Source of the DNA: Nanobdellota archaeon
GTDB taxonomy: Archaea > Nanobdellota > Nanobdellia > Parvarchaeales > Parvarchaeaceae
Direction of reading: 5' to 3'
Assembly (NCBI GenBank): GCA_021794235.1
Contig: JAJYRE010000018.1
Span: forward strand, 3,441 to 67,440
DNA length: 64,000 bases
The translations under genes and the position numbers were made by a program. Of this stretch, positions 49,885-60,149 are shown in pieces. Position 1 is the stretch's first letter. Each line of letters opens with the position of its first letter. The notes beneath the pieces were generated by a model. The model saw only the letters and a program-made list of their open reading frames with translations. It was not told the DNA's origin and did not search any database.

Positions 49885-51024
49885 ATGGCTGAACTACTTA
49901 ATAAAAACTTTATAAGTATTCATTATGGGGAGATCGCGCTTAAGGGTGGCAACAGGAGCAATTTTGAGAAGCTACTGATAAAAAATATACAGAGGGAGAC
50001 TGGCGTAAAGCCGATAAGATTGGATGGTAGGCTCATAATTGAGTCGGATAATGGTGATATTAAGGATTTACTCAGGCTAACGCCGGGAGTAGAATGGATA
50101 GGCGATTCGACCGCAATAGAAAGAGACTTGGATTTGCTGAAGAAAAAAGTTGATGAGATAAGAGGGGATTCTGATGTAAAAATAGATGTAAAGAGGATAG
50201 ACAAGAATTATGAGAAGGATTCCCTATGGATATATGAATTTCTCTCGAAGGGGCGAAAAAAAGGAAACCGGAAGATGAGGATAGAAGTCTTCAAAGACTA
50301 TTTCCTGATAAGTTTTAACATACAGGACTGCATAGGCGGACTTCCCATAGGGAGCGCCGGAAAAGTCCTTTCACTGTTTTCGGGAGGGATAGATTCTTCA
50401 GCTGTTCCATTCGAGCTCATGAAAAGAGGGTGCATAGTAGACCTGGTTCATGTATTTGCAATGCCGAGAGCAGATGAGGTTCCAAAAAGCAAGGTAGGGG
50501 AGATAATGAAAGCTATTTCAAAGATAAACCGGGTAAGGATTTATGCTATACCTTTTTCAATATTCGCGATAGAAACCGCAGGTGTTGGCGGCGGATATGA
50601 CTTAATACTGTTTAAGAGGTTCCTACTCATGCTAGCAGAAAAAATTGCCGTAAAGCAGAATTACAAAGCCATAGCAACAGGAGATTCCCTGTCGCAGGTC
50701 GCCTCACAGACTCTGGACAACATAAATGCAATAAGCCCGGGGATAAACTTACCGGTTTTAAGGCCTTTTATAACGAGCAACAAAATCGATATAATAAACA
50801 AGGCAAAGTTTTACGGAACTTATGAAGAGTCTATAAAGGAATACCGGGATTGCTGCTCGATAGTATCGAAAAATCCCACTACACGCGCCCATCGTGACAA
50901 ACTTGAGGAGATAGAGAAAAAAGTAGACATAAATTCCATAGTTGACAAAAGCGTCAGGGAGATGAGGGTATTCACGCTTTCTATGGATTCACCTGAGTTT
51001 ATTGAGTCTAAAATAGTTGTATAG
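49885..51024 (+). CDS. thiI: tRNA 4-thiouridine synthase ThiI
   Basis: HYGEIALKG.NR, GGLPIGS.GK, SGGIDS, TGDSLSQVASQTL.N, DCC; start taken at ATG 49885. Confidence 0.94.
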   Translation: MAELLNKNFISIHYGEIALKGGNRSNFEKLLIKNIQRETGVKPIRLDGRLIIESDNGDIKDLLRLTPGVEWIGDSTAIERDLDLLKKKVDEIRGDSDVKIDVKRIDKNYEKDSLWIYEFLSKGRKKGNRKMRIEVFKDYFLISFNIQDCIGGLPIGSAGKVLSLFSGGIDSSAVPFELMKRGCIVDLVHVFAMPRADEVPKSKVGEIMKAISKINRVRIYAIPFSIFAIETAGVGGGYDLILFKRFLLMLAEKIAVKQNYKAIATGDSLSQVASQTLDNINAISPGINLPVLRPFITSNKIDIINKAKFYGTYEESIKEYRDCCSIVSKNPTTRAHRDKLEEIEKKVDINSIVDKSVREMRVFTLSMDSPEFIESKIVV

Positions 51025-51807
51025 ATACACCTGTGCATACCCCGAGTATCTTCCGAAATACCCGACCATTATGTCCCTCATTTTCTTATAGTTCTGCTTA
51101 TCGTTAACCATGTTCCCATAGGTATTCAGGATGGCTCTCTTAATCCAGACATCGATAGGGAAGCTTGACAAGTCGTGTAGACCATACAGCTTTATGCAGT
51201 CCAATACCTTGGAGCCTATCCCTGTTATATGAAGGAGTTCTTCATCTACATAGTGCATGTCCGAGTTCTCGATGTCTCTCTCCACGAAGTTTTTAGCCGC
51301 TGAAAAGACGAATCTTGTCCTGAATCCCAGCTTGAACTGCTTAAGGGTTTCCTCTCCTTTATCAAATATATCGGTGTATGAAGGAAATTTATAGAGGGTT
51401 AAGCCGTCTATTTCCGCTTTCTCCCCATAAAAAACCGACATAGCCTTTATTCTCCTCAGTATCAGTGGTACGTTCGACTGTATTGATAGCACGAAGCCGA
51501 GTGTAGCTGGCCATACACCATCATTGACTATGCGCACCCCTGTAGAGAATCTTATTGCCTTGTCTATAGTATTGTCCTTATCTATCTCAGAATTGATGTC
51601 TTCTATTTTATCACGAAGTCCTAGCATGCCGCGTATTTTGCTGCCGTTCAAGTCGCCTACGAACTCAAGCTTTCCATCTAGTTCCTGTCTAACAAGCACG
51701 GGCCTGTCTATAAATGAGCCCCAGTATTCGCCGGCCTTGTGCCATACGAACGTCTGACCCACGTTCAGCGTCTTATCCAGTGAAAAACCCGGGACATTCA
51801 GTATCAT
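50989..51807 (-). CDS. ogg: 8-oxoguanine DNA glycosylase (OGG1-type with N-terminal domain)
   Basis: TL..GQTFVW, HhH GIGSKV.DC..LY, FPIDVW, GYAQVYLY. Confidence 0.88.
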   Translation of the reverse strand: MILNVPGFSLDKTLNVGQTFVWHKAGEYWGSFIDRPVLVRQELDGKLEFVGDLNGSKIRGMLGLRDKIEDINSEIDKDNTIDKAIRFSTGVRIVNDGVWPATLGFVLSIQSNVPLILRRIKAMSVFYGEKAEIDGLTLYKFPSYTDIFDKGEETLKQFKLGFRTRFVFSAAKNFVERDIENSDMHYVDEELLHITGIGSKVLDCIKLYGLHDLSSFPIDVWIKRAILNTYGNMVNDKQNYKKMRDIMVGYFGRYSGYAQVYLYNYFRLNKLR

Positions 51808-51875
51808 ATAAAAATAGAAATACCTATGCTATAATTAATATATATTAAAATCAACATTAAATGATAGCCGAAAAT

Positions 51876-51958
51876 GCTGGGTTGGCTGAGCGGCTATAGC
51901 GCCGGTCTTGAGAACCGGTTTCCGAAAGGATGCGTAGGTTCGAGTCCTGCACCCAGCG
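51876..51958 (+). tRNA. tRNA-Ser(TGA)
   Basis: GCTGGGT/ACCCAGC acceptor, CCGGT-CT-TGA-GA-ACCGG, variable arm TCC-GAAA-GGA, GGTTCGAGTCC, G73. Confidence 0.95.
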
Positions 51959-52010
51959 TTTTTGATTGCAAGATAACATGTTTTATAAGGCATAACTGAC
52001 TTCTCATAAA

Positions 52011-52601
52011 ATGAGTTTAGATTCGATCCTGGGCGCAGGATCCCCATCTGATGAAGGGGGATCAAAGCCGGGGAAAAAAGCACTCTTAAAAGCCTTGCCG
52101 GGTACGATTTATCGTTCTTTCAAAACACTGTATCAGGACGTTATAAAAGTAAAGCTTCAGCTGCTATACGAGCTAACAGCGGCGGCTACGGACAGAGTGA
52201 TAAGCTTTATAGGGCTTAATACGCAGGGCGGCATAGAAGCCAACCCGCTGGAGGCCATACCGGCGAAGTATATAGGGATTGGGCCTACTTACGCCGCGTC
52301 TTTCATAGGAGTAAATCTACTGGTATACGGACTTTCAAGAACACTTGTAAGAAACAAAACGCTCAACCAGAAACAGTTTCTAGGGGGTGTGTATCTTGGA
52401 TTGGGAACGATGGAGACAATGGTGAGCGTGCACGATTATATGTCAGTAACAAACAATCAGGCGTACGGTATCGCGGCTATGACTTTTCCAGAGGCGATAG
52501 CTATCAGTATTCCCGTAGTACTTGCTCCGCTGGCTTATTCGATGATTAAGAACAGATTAAGCAGCAGAAATGAGAAAAAAGAACCGGGTGAAGGATATTA
52601 G
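52011..52601 (+). CDS. Orphan membrane protein (DUF5658-like EANP motif)
   Basis: D..ISFIGL..GGIEANPL followed by several TM helices. Confidence 0.6.
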   Translation: MSLDSILGAGSPSDEGGSKPGKKALLKALPGTIYRSFKTLYQDVIKVKLQLLYELTAAATDRVISFIGLNTQGGIEANPLEAIPAKYIGIGPTYAASFIGVNLLVYGLSRTLVRNKTLNQKQFLGGVYLGLGTMETMVSVHDYMSVTNNQAYGIAAMTFPEAIAISIPVVLAPLAYSMIKNRLSSRNEKKEPGEGY

Positions 52602-52915
52602 ATAGTTTTCATTATTAATTTCTTCTCTACTCTTTCACCGGAGAACTTGACTCCATCCCTAAGCAATTTCTTCTTCTTTACGGATAGACTGTGCTCATTA
52701 TTCACGCTATCTATAGTGTAACCGCCCAAACTCCCATCGGAGCGTACTACCCTGTAACACGGATATATCTCAGGATGACTGTTCTGACCGAGTATTCTTC
52801 CGACAAGCCGAGGATTCATTCCGAGTCTGGATGCCAGAGCCCCGTAAGTCGAAACCCTGCCTCTAGGAATCTTTTTCAAGAGTTTGTACACTTTCAGGCG
52901 CTTATCACTGTTCAT
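52598..52915 (-). CDS. ogt: O6-methylguanine-DNA methyltransferase, C-terminal domain only
   Basis: IPRGRVSTYG.LA, PRLVG, PCYRVV..DG.LGGY. Confidence 0.9.
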   Translation of the reverse strand: MNSDKRLKVYKLLKKIPRGRVSTYGALASRLGMNPRLVGRILGQNSHPEIYPCYRVVRSDGSLGGYTIDSVNNEHSLSVKKKKLLRDGVKFSGERVEKKLIMKTI

Positions 52916-53609
52916 TCAGTAGTAAAGGATCTATAAGCTTTATAAGTTCGTCTTCACTCTTCGTGTCCGCGAACCCCAGCGATTTGAACCAGGAGTTTAT
53001 CGTTGTTATGTCTCGCACTAGGTATGGCAGTGTCATGTTTGACAGCTTCAGAGCCTGGGAAAAATCTATGAAGAACGGGTTGCCCTTTAAGTTGAGTATA
53101 TTGTAAGGACTTAGGTCTCCGTGTATTATTCTCCTCCTACCGAGAAGCACTATCACATCTGTTATTTTTTTGTACCAGGAATCGACTTCAAAGTTTCTGT
53201 CCTGTACTGCTGGCTTTGCAGGGACGTCATCCTCTCCGATGAACGCCATAACTATTATGTTTTTATAATTGCGCATCGGTTCCGGCACACTGACACCGAC
53301 ATTGAAAGCTCTGCTCATAAAATTAAACTCGTACCTGGTCCAGTCATCGATTCTCTTTATGTATCCTCTACTGCCTGTCCCCCTTAGACGCAGGTAGGTT
53401 GGTATCTGCTTGAACGCGCCTATATGGTGGCGGTGTATTTTCACTGCTACGGTGTTGTTGTGCTGATCGTGACTGTAGAATACATAGGCTTCCTTTCCCG
53501 TTCCTATAGGCCCCAAAAGTTCACTTATGTACCCATCGCTCTTTAGCTTTAGAACGTTCCTTTCGGTCTCATCGTCGAAAACGTGCCCGTAAACCTTACT
53601 TTTTGGCAT
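52905..53609 (-). CDS. rio1: RIO1-family serine kinase
   Basis: [28 protein letters not shown]; start taken at ATG 53609. Confidence 0.93.
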   Translation of the reverse strand: MPKSKVYGHVFDDETERNVLKLKSDGYISELLGPIGTGKEAYVFYSHDQHNNTVAVKIHRHHIGAFKQIPTYLRLRGTGSRGYIKRIDDWTRYEFNFMSRAFNVGVSVPEPMRNYKNIIVMAFIGEDDVPAKPAVQDRNFEVDSWYKKITDVIVLLGRRRIIHGDLSPYNILNLKGNPFFIDFSQALKLSNMTLPYLVRDITTINSWFKSLGFADTKSEDELIKLIDPLLLNEQ

Positions 53610-55521
53610 AAGCCTTCTGAAGAGATTTTTTAACCGCGCTGATGAGTCTTTTCTTGTCAGGAGTATCAATCAGTGCATTCTTTATCACATCGACTATAGA
53701 ACTTGCAGCCATGACTTTTATCTTGCTAGGGTCTGACAATACCAAGTCGTTGATGTTAGAAGCCGGAATTATGACCTCTTTTATCCCAGCGTTTATGGCG
53801 GCTTCAACCTTTGATGTAACGCCTCCCACAGGCAGGACTTCTCCCCATATTGAAAGTGAACCTGTCATAGCGACCGACTGCTTGACAGGGATGTTTGTAA
53901 GCGCGGAAAGTATACCTATTGCAACGCTTATACTTGCACTGTCTCCCTCTACGCCGGAGTATGCCTGAAGGAACTGTATATGTATATCATAGTCTGTCAG
54001 GGGCTTTTTAGAGTAGAGCTTTATTATTGCAGAGACGTTCTTTACGGCTTCCTGTGCTATCTCACCTAGTTTACCTGTAGCGATTATCTCACCGGCCCCC
54101 TTTCTCATACTCTGGGTTATTACCGCCTCTATCGGAAGCATAAGTCCCGAGTCCGAATTCTCTATCACCGCCAGTCCGTTGACTCTACCTACTCTCGAAT
54201 TATTGACCTGTATTACGTCATAATCCCTCTTCTCCTTTATGTATCTGGTGGCTATCTGTTGTTCGAATGAAGCTGCGTAAGTCTTTGCTTTAAGCACGTC
54301 TTCTCTCTGTACAGCAGGGTGTTTATTCTCTACGGCTATGTCGCCGGCAACTCTGATTATTCCACCAAGCTCCCTAAGTTTAAGAGTAAGCGAATTTTTC
54401 CTATCGGATTTCCTTCTGGCTTCATTCATTATTTCCACGACGGCATCCTTTGAGAATTGAGGAATTTTCTTGTCCTTATGCACTTCCTGGGCAACGAATC
54501 TTGCAATTTTGTCCCTGTTCTCCTTTGTGTCTGGCATCGTCTCATTCATGTATACTTCGTAGCCGTAGCCTCTTATCCTAGATCTAAGAGCGGGACTCAT
54601 GTTGGTTATAGATGACGGGTTGCCTGCACCTACGAGTATGAAATCACAAGGCACTGGATTTGTCTTTACCATTGCGCCTGCACTTCTCTCGCTCCTTCCG
54701 GTTATGCTAAGCTTCTTCTCCTGCATTGCGGTAAGGAGTTGTATCTGCGTTTCATTGGTTAGGTTTGCTATCTCGTCTATGAAAAGAACTCCTCCGTTAG
54801 CCTTGTGTATATCACCGAGTACAACCCTTTCATGCGCCGGTGTACCCAATCCACCCGTCTGGAACGGATCGTGTTGTACGTCGCCGAGCAGTGCTCCTTC
54901 TCTCGCGCCCGTAGCGTCTACAAACGGTGCGTTCTTCATGCCCGAGTTGTCAAGGAGCAGCTTAGGAGTTGGTGTGGAAGTCTTGTTAGTCGTCCTTCCC
55001 AACCTGTACATCAGTACTATGAATATAAATCCTAAAAGCATTGTGATTATAAACAGCGTACCTGATATCTGGTTAGCGGCCGCTAATATAGGATCCCTTT
55101 GGGATGAAACCAGCAGGTTTACTACATAGGTTGCAACGAAAAAGGCTACTAGAAAACCGAGGAATATTATCATGTTGTTCCCGCCGTTGAGCGCCGCCAT
55201 TGTTCTTGCCTTTGCCTGGGCGACTAGACGCTTTCCCTCTCCTGCCGGAAGGATTCTAACTATCGGCTCGTTCTCGTCTTTAGGGTTCTGGAAAGAAATC
55301 ATGTCCAGCAGCTTTTCCGAAGGTAGAAGTTCTGACAGGGCCTGACCCAACATACTTTTACCGGTACCGGGCGCTCCGACTAATAGGACATTTCTTCTCT
55401 GTACCGCAGCCTTTTTTATAATTTCTACGGCCTGCTCCTGCCCTATTACCTGATCAACGATCTTCGAGGGTATGCGAATATCGTCAGTAGTCTTGAACGA
55501 TATACCAAACGTATTATCCAT
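53596..55521 (-). CDS. lonB: Membrane-anchored ATP-dependent protease LonB
   Basis: [14 protein letters not shown], two TM helices inside the AAA domain, [19 protein letters not shown]. Confidence 0.98.
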   Translation of the reverse strand: MDNTFGISFKTTDDIRIPSKIVDQVIGQEQAVEIIKKAAVQRRNVLLVGAPGTGKSMLGQALSELLPSEKLLDMISFQNPKDENEPIVRILPAGEGKRLVAQAKARTMAALNGGNNMIIFLGFLVAFFVATYVVNLLVSSQRDPILAAANQISGTLFIITMLLGFIFIVLMYRLGRTTNKTSTPTPKLLLDNSGMKNAPFVDATGAREGALLGDVQHDPFQTGGLGTPAHERVVLGDIHKANGGVLFIDEIANLTNETQIQLLTAMQEKKLSITGRSERSAGAMVKTNPVPCDFILVGAGNPSSITNMSPALRSRIRGYGYEVYMNETMPDTKENRDKIARFVAQEVHKDKKIPQFSKDAVVEIMNEARRKSDRKNSLTLKLRELGGIIRVAGDIAVENKHPAVQREDVLKAKTYAASFEQQIATRYIKEKRDYDVIQVNNSRVGRVNGLAVIENSDSGLMLPIEAVITQSMRKGAGEIIATGKLGEIAQEAVKNVSAIIKLYSKKPLTDYDIHIQFLQAYSGVEGDSASISVAIGILSALTNIPVKQSVAMTGSLSIWGEVLPVGGVTSKVEAAINAGIKEVIIPASNINDLVLSDPSKIKVMAASSIVDVIKNALIDTPDKKRLISAVKKSLQKAYAKK

Positions 55522-55558
55522 TGTACACTCTTAATAGTATTAGAGGTATTTTAACCTT

Positions 55559-55837
55559 TTATTCTTCGGACTGTCCTTCTATCTCCGACTGGGATGCAAC
55601 TATACCGGAGATTATGAATATGTCCCCTATCGCCCTTACAAGACTGTGCTGTATTATTGCTCCTTTTGCACCCTTTATTATCTTAGAAAGATTGGATGAC
55701 GGACTTGCCTTTATTCTCCAACCAACAACTCTGTTGTCCTGGACTATTGCCTCGTCTATCTCGCCGAAGTAAGTTCCCGCATCCGTGTATACTTTTAGTC
55801 CGTACGTTCCCGTTATATTCTTTAATCTTAATGCCAT
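55559..55837 (-). CDS. PRC-barrel domain protein (CdpB-like)
   Basis: GLKVYTDAG.YFGEI, VRAIGDIFII; start taken at ATG 55837. Confidence 0.88.
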   Translation of the reverse strand: MALRLKNITGTYGLKVYTDAGTYFGEIDEAIVQDNRVVGWRIKASPSSNLSKIIKGAKGAIIQHSLVRAIGDIFIISGIVASQSEIEGQSEE

Positions 55838-55978
55838 ATTGTTGGTTCTCACTGGAAGTTTAAATATCTATCTAGTGCTAGCAGCTCTATTTTCTGTAAG
55901 TTTATATTTGAACGCAGTATTTTCAGAATAAAGCATTTTTAAAGGTATCAAACGTCAAATTGGGCGATTAATAGTATA

Positions 55979-57481
55979 TCAGGAAATGCTTCCAAAAGCC
56001 ACTGAAGGCATCACACCGCTTGGCGGATCCGCACGAACACGAACCCAATAGAACGGGCCTATTGTCGCCTGAGAAATCTGGGTATTTGCTCCACCGATGG
56101 GAAGTTGAGAGCCGTAAACATCCTTCGTTAAAACCGAAGGAGTGTCATAATTAACAGAAAACGAGGCTTCTGATGATGAAGGCCAATAAATAGAGTATAC
56201 ATTGTAACCTGTAGTTAATGCGGATGTGGCATTCCATCCGCTACCTTGGTCAACAAGTCCACCCGCATATGCATTGGACCAAACAGCTGTATTTATTTCG
56301 AACCATGTTTGGATAGCGGTAGATGCCGTTACATCGGAACTGCTCAGAGTATAACCAAATCCGGCGTTGTGATCCGCTGTTGCCAATGGGAAGTTTCCAT
56401 AATAATCCAAAATCTGTGTCGAGTTCAATCCATAGTTTTTACTGGTGAGAGCATAGCTGGAGTAAGGGAGGCTTAAACCGTTGTTTATGGAGTATCCGCT
56501 GCCTGTCCATCCGCTTGGCAAGCCTGTGCCAACAAAGTTCTGGTAAAAAGTGGAAAATACATTTGCACCGTTGTCATATTGGCCATAAGTTGAGGAGAGC
56601 TGCGGTGCTTCACCGACTGTGTTGCCATTAAACAGATTCGTGCCATTTGATGCGAAGCCCACGTATATGGTATCCGTGGAGTTGGCGCCGATGCTTCCCA
56701 GTTTTAGCCAGTACAGCGCGTTCTTTGAATATGTGTAGCTCTCAAGCCATGACGGTATTATTGTTCCGTTGTAATAGAAGAACTCCACATTCTGGAGGTT
56801 TGAAGCCGCGTAGCCTTTGTAGACTGAATTGCTCATGTTGACCATCTGCTGGAATGGTGAAGACGTGGATGTGTTCTGATTGTTTGTGACTGTCACTTTG
56901 GTAGTAAACACCACTCCCGCGGGAAGGGTCTGCGTAGATACCGGCACGGTGGTTCCCGTCAGTGTCCCGCTTGTGACCAGCGTATTCTGGAACACCGAAC
57001 CGGGTTCTGTGTATTCTACATTCACGCTTAGGGAGTATCCTGTCGGGGTAGACGGGCAGACTCCTGTGATGTTGAAGTTCTGCAGCGAACTCGGCTGTAT
57101 AACCCGCTGGGGCAGGATGGAGTTGTGCACTCCGCTTCCGGTAACTGTTATATTCGTTATCTTTATGACCTCACCCAGGGAGTTTCCCAGCTGAAGAGTC
57201 AGCTCCTGGTTCGAGCTGCACAGGGCCTGGACGCTGCCGAGTCCGGAAAAACCGGTCACGGTTTGCTGTACGGATGAGGAAGGGCTGAATATGCCCATCC
57301 CATAAAGAACGGCAGCCACTATGACTATTATAAGGATGGCCCAGCCGTAGGTCATCATGTACTCCAGGGCGGACTGTGATCTTTTGTTCCTTAGAGAGGT
57401 TGATAGAAGGGTTTGTGCGCAGACGCACACCGTGAGACTGCTTTCTTTTGAGTTTGCACCTTTCTGATAATTGGTTCGCAT
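55979..57481 (-). CDS. Class III signal peptide pilin-like surface protein with DUF2341-like domain
   Basis: RS|QSALEYMMTYGWAILII; PFQQMV, NVEF....G..IPSWLE, YWLKL, GEAPQLS..YGQYDNG.NVF, WVRVR..PP.GVMP. Confidence 0.85.
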   Translation of the reverse strand: MRTNYQKGANSKESSLTVCVCAQTLLSTSLRNKRSQSALEYMMTYGWAILIIVIVAAVLYGMGIFSPSSSVQQTVTGFSGLGSVQALCSSNQELTLQLGNSLGEVIKITNITVTGSGVHNSILPQRVIQPSSLQNFNITGVCPSTPTGYSLSVNVEYTEPGSVFQNTLVTSGTLTGTTVPVSTQTLPAGVVFTTKVTVTNNQNTSTSSPFQQMVNMSNSVYKGYAASNLQNVEFFYYNGTIIPSWLESYTYSKNALYWLKLGSIGANSTDTIYVGFASNGTNLFNGNTVGEAPQLSSTYGQYDNGANVFSTFYQNFVGTGLPSGWTGSGYSINNGLSLPYSSYALTSKNYGLNSTQILDYYGNFPLATADHNAGFGYTLSSSDVTASTAIQTWFEINTAVWSNAYAGGLVDQGSGWNATSALTTGYNVYSIYWPSSSEASFSVNYDTPSVLTKDVYGSQLPIGGANTQISQATIGPFYWVRVRADPPSGVMPSVAFGSIS

Positions 57482-57552
57482 ATTTATGATAGCAGACTCT
57501 TATTTATAACTTTTTTTGCTTATTTTGTAAAATGCCACATTTATAATCGGCT

Positions 57553-59604
57553 TTATACAAAAATCTTGAAATCTGTCGCAACCATAGTGTCTTTGAATAG
57601 CTCAATAGGATTTAGATCGATATCTTTTATGTCGGTGTTTGTTGTCATAAACTTGTCGAGTTTTATAAGGTATCTTATAAGTTCCTGGAAAGTTATCTCA
57701 TCAGTTGCGCTGGATAAGACACGGCCGACTTTCGAATCTATGAAATCCGCTATGTCGCCATCCGAGATGGGAGAAAGCATGAAATTTACCTCGCTTATCT
57801 GGTTGGCGAGGACTCCTCCTAGACCGACAGCTATCATCGGACCGAACTGTGGATCCCTGTGTGCACCTAGAAGCACTTCTACTTTCTGCTCGCTTATCTT
57901 GTTAACGTCTTCATACAGCTCATAATGGATCTTTCCCTTATTTTCCGCCGAGAGCCTGCTCTCCATCGAATAAAAAGCTCTATTGAGTGAATCCTGGTCC
58001 TTTATTCCAACCGTCACACCGCCGAATTTGCTCTTGTGCGGCATGTCGCCGGAGTTAACCTTCAGTACGCATGGGAATCCTATCTTTTCTGCGGTCTTAG
58101 CCAGATCCGCCTGCCTATTCACAGGCAGCCCCTTTGCACTTCTTATTCCCAGTGTGTCGAATAGTTTCTTGGCATCCAGCCCGAATATATTTTTTGTAAG
58201 TTTCTGTTTCTTTACCTTCGTTTTATCCTTCTTGTATGCCGAATAAGTCTGCATTTTGTGGGTATGGTAGAAATACATCCCCTCTAGGAGCCCCACTGCC
58301 TCTTCGGGGTAATCGTATATCGGCATATCCCTCTCCAAAAGAAAGTTCCTTGCTTTTTCAACGCGTGATCCACCTAGGAAAACTGACAGTATCATCGAAT
58401 CGGGATGCTTCTTGTGTATCTCAAATACTTCCTTGGCCGTCTCCAGCGGCATTGACATCTCCTGCGGTGAGAAAAGAAGTATTATCGGTTTGTTCTGGTT
58501 CACAAGCATCTCTAGAGTTTCACGGTACCTGTCCGGAGTAGCATCCCCGAGTATATCGATAGGGTTGTGTACGCTCGCCTCCTTGGGCAGGAGATCGATG
58601 AGATTCTGGGTGAGTTTATCGCTTAGTTTTGCCATTTTAAGTCCGGCTGAGGCAATGTGATCTGTTGTTACCACACCGGCTCCGCCGGCGTTCGTCACTA
58701 TAATTATCTCATTGCTGGTTATCTTGAGTTTGGAGGCATCACGCATGAAATTGAACAGGGATTCTATCCTATCAACTGATATTGCACCGGATTTCTTGAA
58801 TGCCAACTCATAAGCCTTATAGTCTCCTGCAAGCGAACCGGTGTGGGACGAAACCGCTGTGGAAGTTGTAGCGAACTTTCCCCCCTTCAGAACAAGAACT
58901 GGCTTTGATTCGCTGAAATCTGCAAGAGAGTCCATAAATTTCTTGCCGTTGCTTATTCCTTCAAGATATATTGCAAGTATCCTTGTATTAGAATCGTGTT
59001 TCAGAGCTGTAACGAGGTCAGCCTCATCTATATCTGTAGCATTGCCTATGCTTATTATCTTGCTGAACCCGATATTATTCATAGAAGCGTCGTCCACGAT
59101 GGCACTTAAGAGTGCACCGCTCTGCGATATGAACCCTGCGTCCCCCTTCAGCATTTTTGAATTGGGGTCGATGAATGTAGCATTGAAGAACGGATTTGTA
59201 TTGATAAGGCCCAGACAGTTGGGACCTATAACCCGTATCTTCGCCTTGTCAAGGAACTTCCTTATCTCAGCCTCTTTCTTTGCACCGTCTTCGCCTATCT
59301 CCTTGAATCCGGCTGTAATTATCACAGCTATCTTTATCTTTCTCCTCTCACAGTCTTTCAGTACCTTAAGAACGCCGTCCGCAGGGACTGATATTATCGC
59401 CATGTCTACCTTGTCTTTTATGTCGAGTATGGACTTGTATACCCTCAAGTCTTGTATTTCATCGGCAAACGGGTTGACAGGAAATATATCGCCCTTAAAA
59501 GTTATCCTTAGGTTCTTTAGGATTACGCTGCCCACTTTGTTAGGGTCTCTTGACGCGCCTATAACGGCAATGGCTTTCGGATCTAAAAAATCGATAAAAT
59601 TCAT
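57553..59604 (-). CDS. acd: ADP-forming acetyl-CoA synthetase, alpha-beta fusion
   Basis: IAVIGAS, GPNCLG, SQSGA, SHTGSLAG, TNAGG.G, NPIDILGDA, HKSKFGGV, DPQFGP, DLNP. Confidence 0.94.
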   Translation of the reverse strand: MNFIDFLDPKAIAVIGASRDPNKVGSVILKNLRITFKGDIFPVNPFADEIQDLRVYKSILDIKDKVDMAIISVPADGVLKVLKDCERRKIKIAVIITAGFKEIGEDGAKKEAEIRKFLDKAKIRVIGPNCLGLINTNPFFNATFIDPNSKMLKGDAGFISQSGALLSAIVDDASMNNIGFSKIISIGNATDIDEADLVTALKHDSNTRILAIYLEGISNGKKFMDSLADFSESKPVLVLKGGKFATTSTAVSSHTGSLAGDYKAYELAFKKSGAISVDRIESLFNFMRDASKLKITSNEIIIVTNAGGAGVVTTDHIASAGLKMAKLSDKLTQNLIDLLPKEASVHNPIDILGDATPDRYRETLEMLVNQNKPIILLFSPQEMSMPLETAKEVFEIHKKHPDSMILSVFLGGSRVEKARNFLLERDMPIYDYPEEAVGLLEGMYFYHTHKMQTYSAYKKDKTKVKKQKLTKNIFGLDAKKLFDTLGIRSAKGLPVNRQADLAKTAEKIGFPCVLKVNSGDMPHKSKFGGVTVGIKDQDSLNRAFYSMESRLSAENKGKIHYELYEDVNKISEQKVEVLLGAHRDPQFGPMIAVGLGGVLANQISEVNFMLSPISDGDIADFIDSKVGRVLSSATDEITFQELIRYLIKLDKFMTTNTDIKDIDLNPIELFKDTMVATDFKIFV

Positions 59605-59680
59605 AGGTTAATTACCTTTATATAAGCTATAGGATTTACACGTATAAATACGTCTGATTTAAAGGATTATTCACCACTTA

Positions 59681-60118
59681 TTAAAGGTTAATCTCTTCCC
59701 ATTCTACACGCTTATTTTCCACAGCTTTCCTTATTTCTTTTTCGGCGCGCGTAAGGTTGGCGTCTTTAGTGCTCTTTATCTCAAGAAACTTTATTTTGAT
59801 ATCCACATTCGCACCGTCCCTGGCGCTCGAAAGACCATCGAACACTATATAGTCTATAGGGCTGCCAAGAAACCTAAAATCTGCTAGGTTCTCACCCCTA
59901 TCCGCCAGAACCGGAAACAGCTGCTCGCTGATTTTACCCTTTATAACGGACCTCTGCGCCGTCAATGACCTCGAAAGCTCCTTTGATAGCTCTTCCTCCT
60001 TCCATTTGTTAAAGAGCTTTGATACTGATTTCTTGTAAAGAGAATAAAACGCTGCTAAAAAAATCACAAGTATCGATATAGAGCCGATTAGTACTCCTTC
60101 AAGAAATGTCAGCGTCAT
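59681..60118 (-). CDS. Membrane-anchored Holliday junction resolvase-like PD-(D/E)xK protein
   Basis: N-terminal TM; RSVIKGKISEQL.P, RFLGSPIDYIVFDG, FLEIKS. Confidence 0.88.
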   Translation of the reverse strand: MTLTFLEGVLIGSISILVIFLAAFYSLYKKSVSKLFNKWKEEELSKELSRSLTAQRSVIKGKISEQLFPVLADRGENLADFRFLGSPIDYIVFDGLSSARDGANVDIKIKFLEIKSTKDANLTRAEKEIRKAVENKRVEWEEINL

Positions 60119-60149
60119 AGAAATGACTATCCTTGCAAGTTAATAATAT

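Noticed and set aside
51862-51897. Leader ATAGCCG complementary to CGGCTAT in the tRNA-Ser D arm
   Set aside because: A single 7-bp match is plausible by chance; no bulge-helix-bulge or split/permuted tRNA geometry.
58841-59611. Long antisense ORFs (also 6152..6853, 40719..41276, 54599..55129 and many shorter ones)
   Set aside because: They mirror well-identified genes on the opposite strand and show no motifs of their own.
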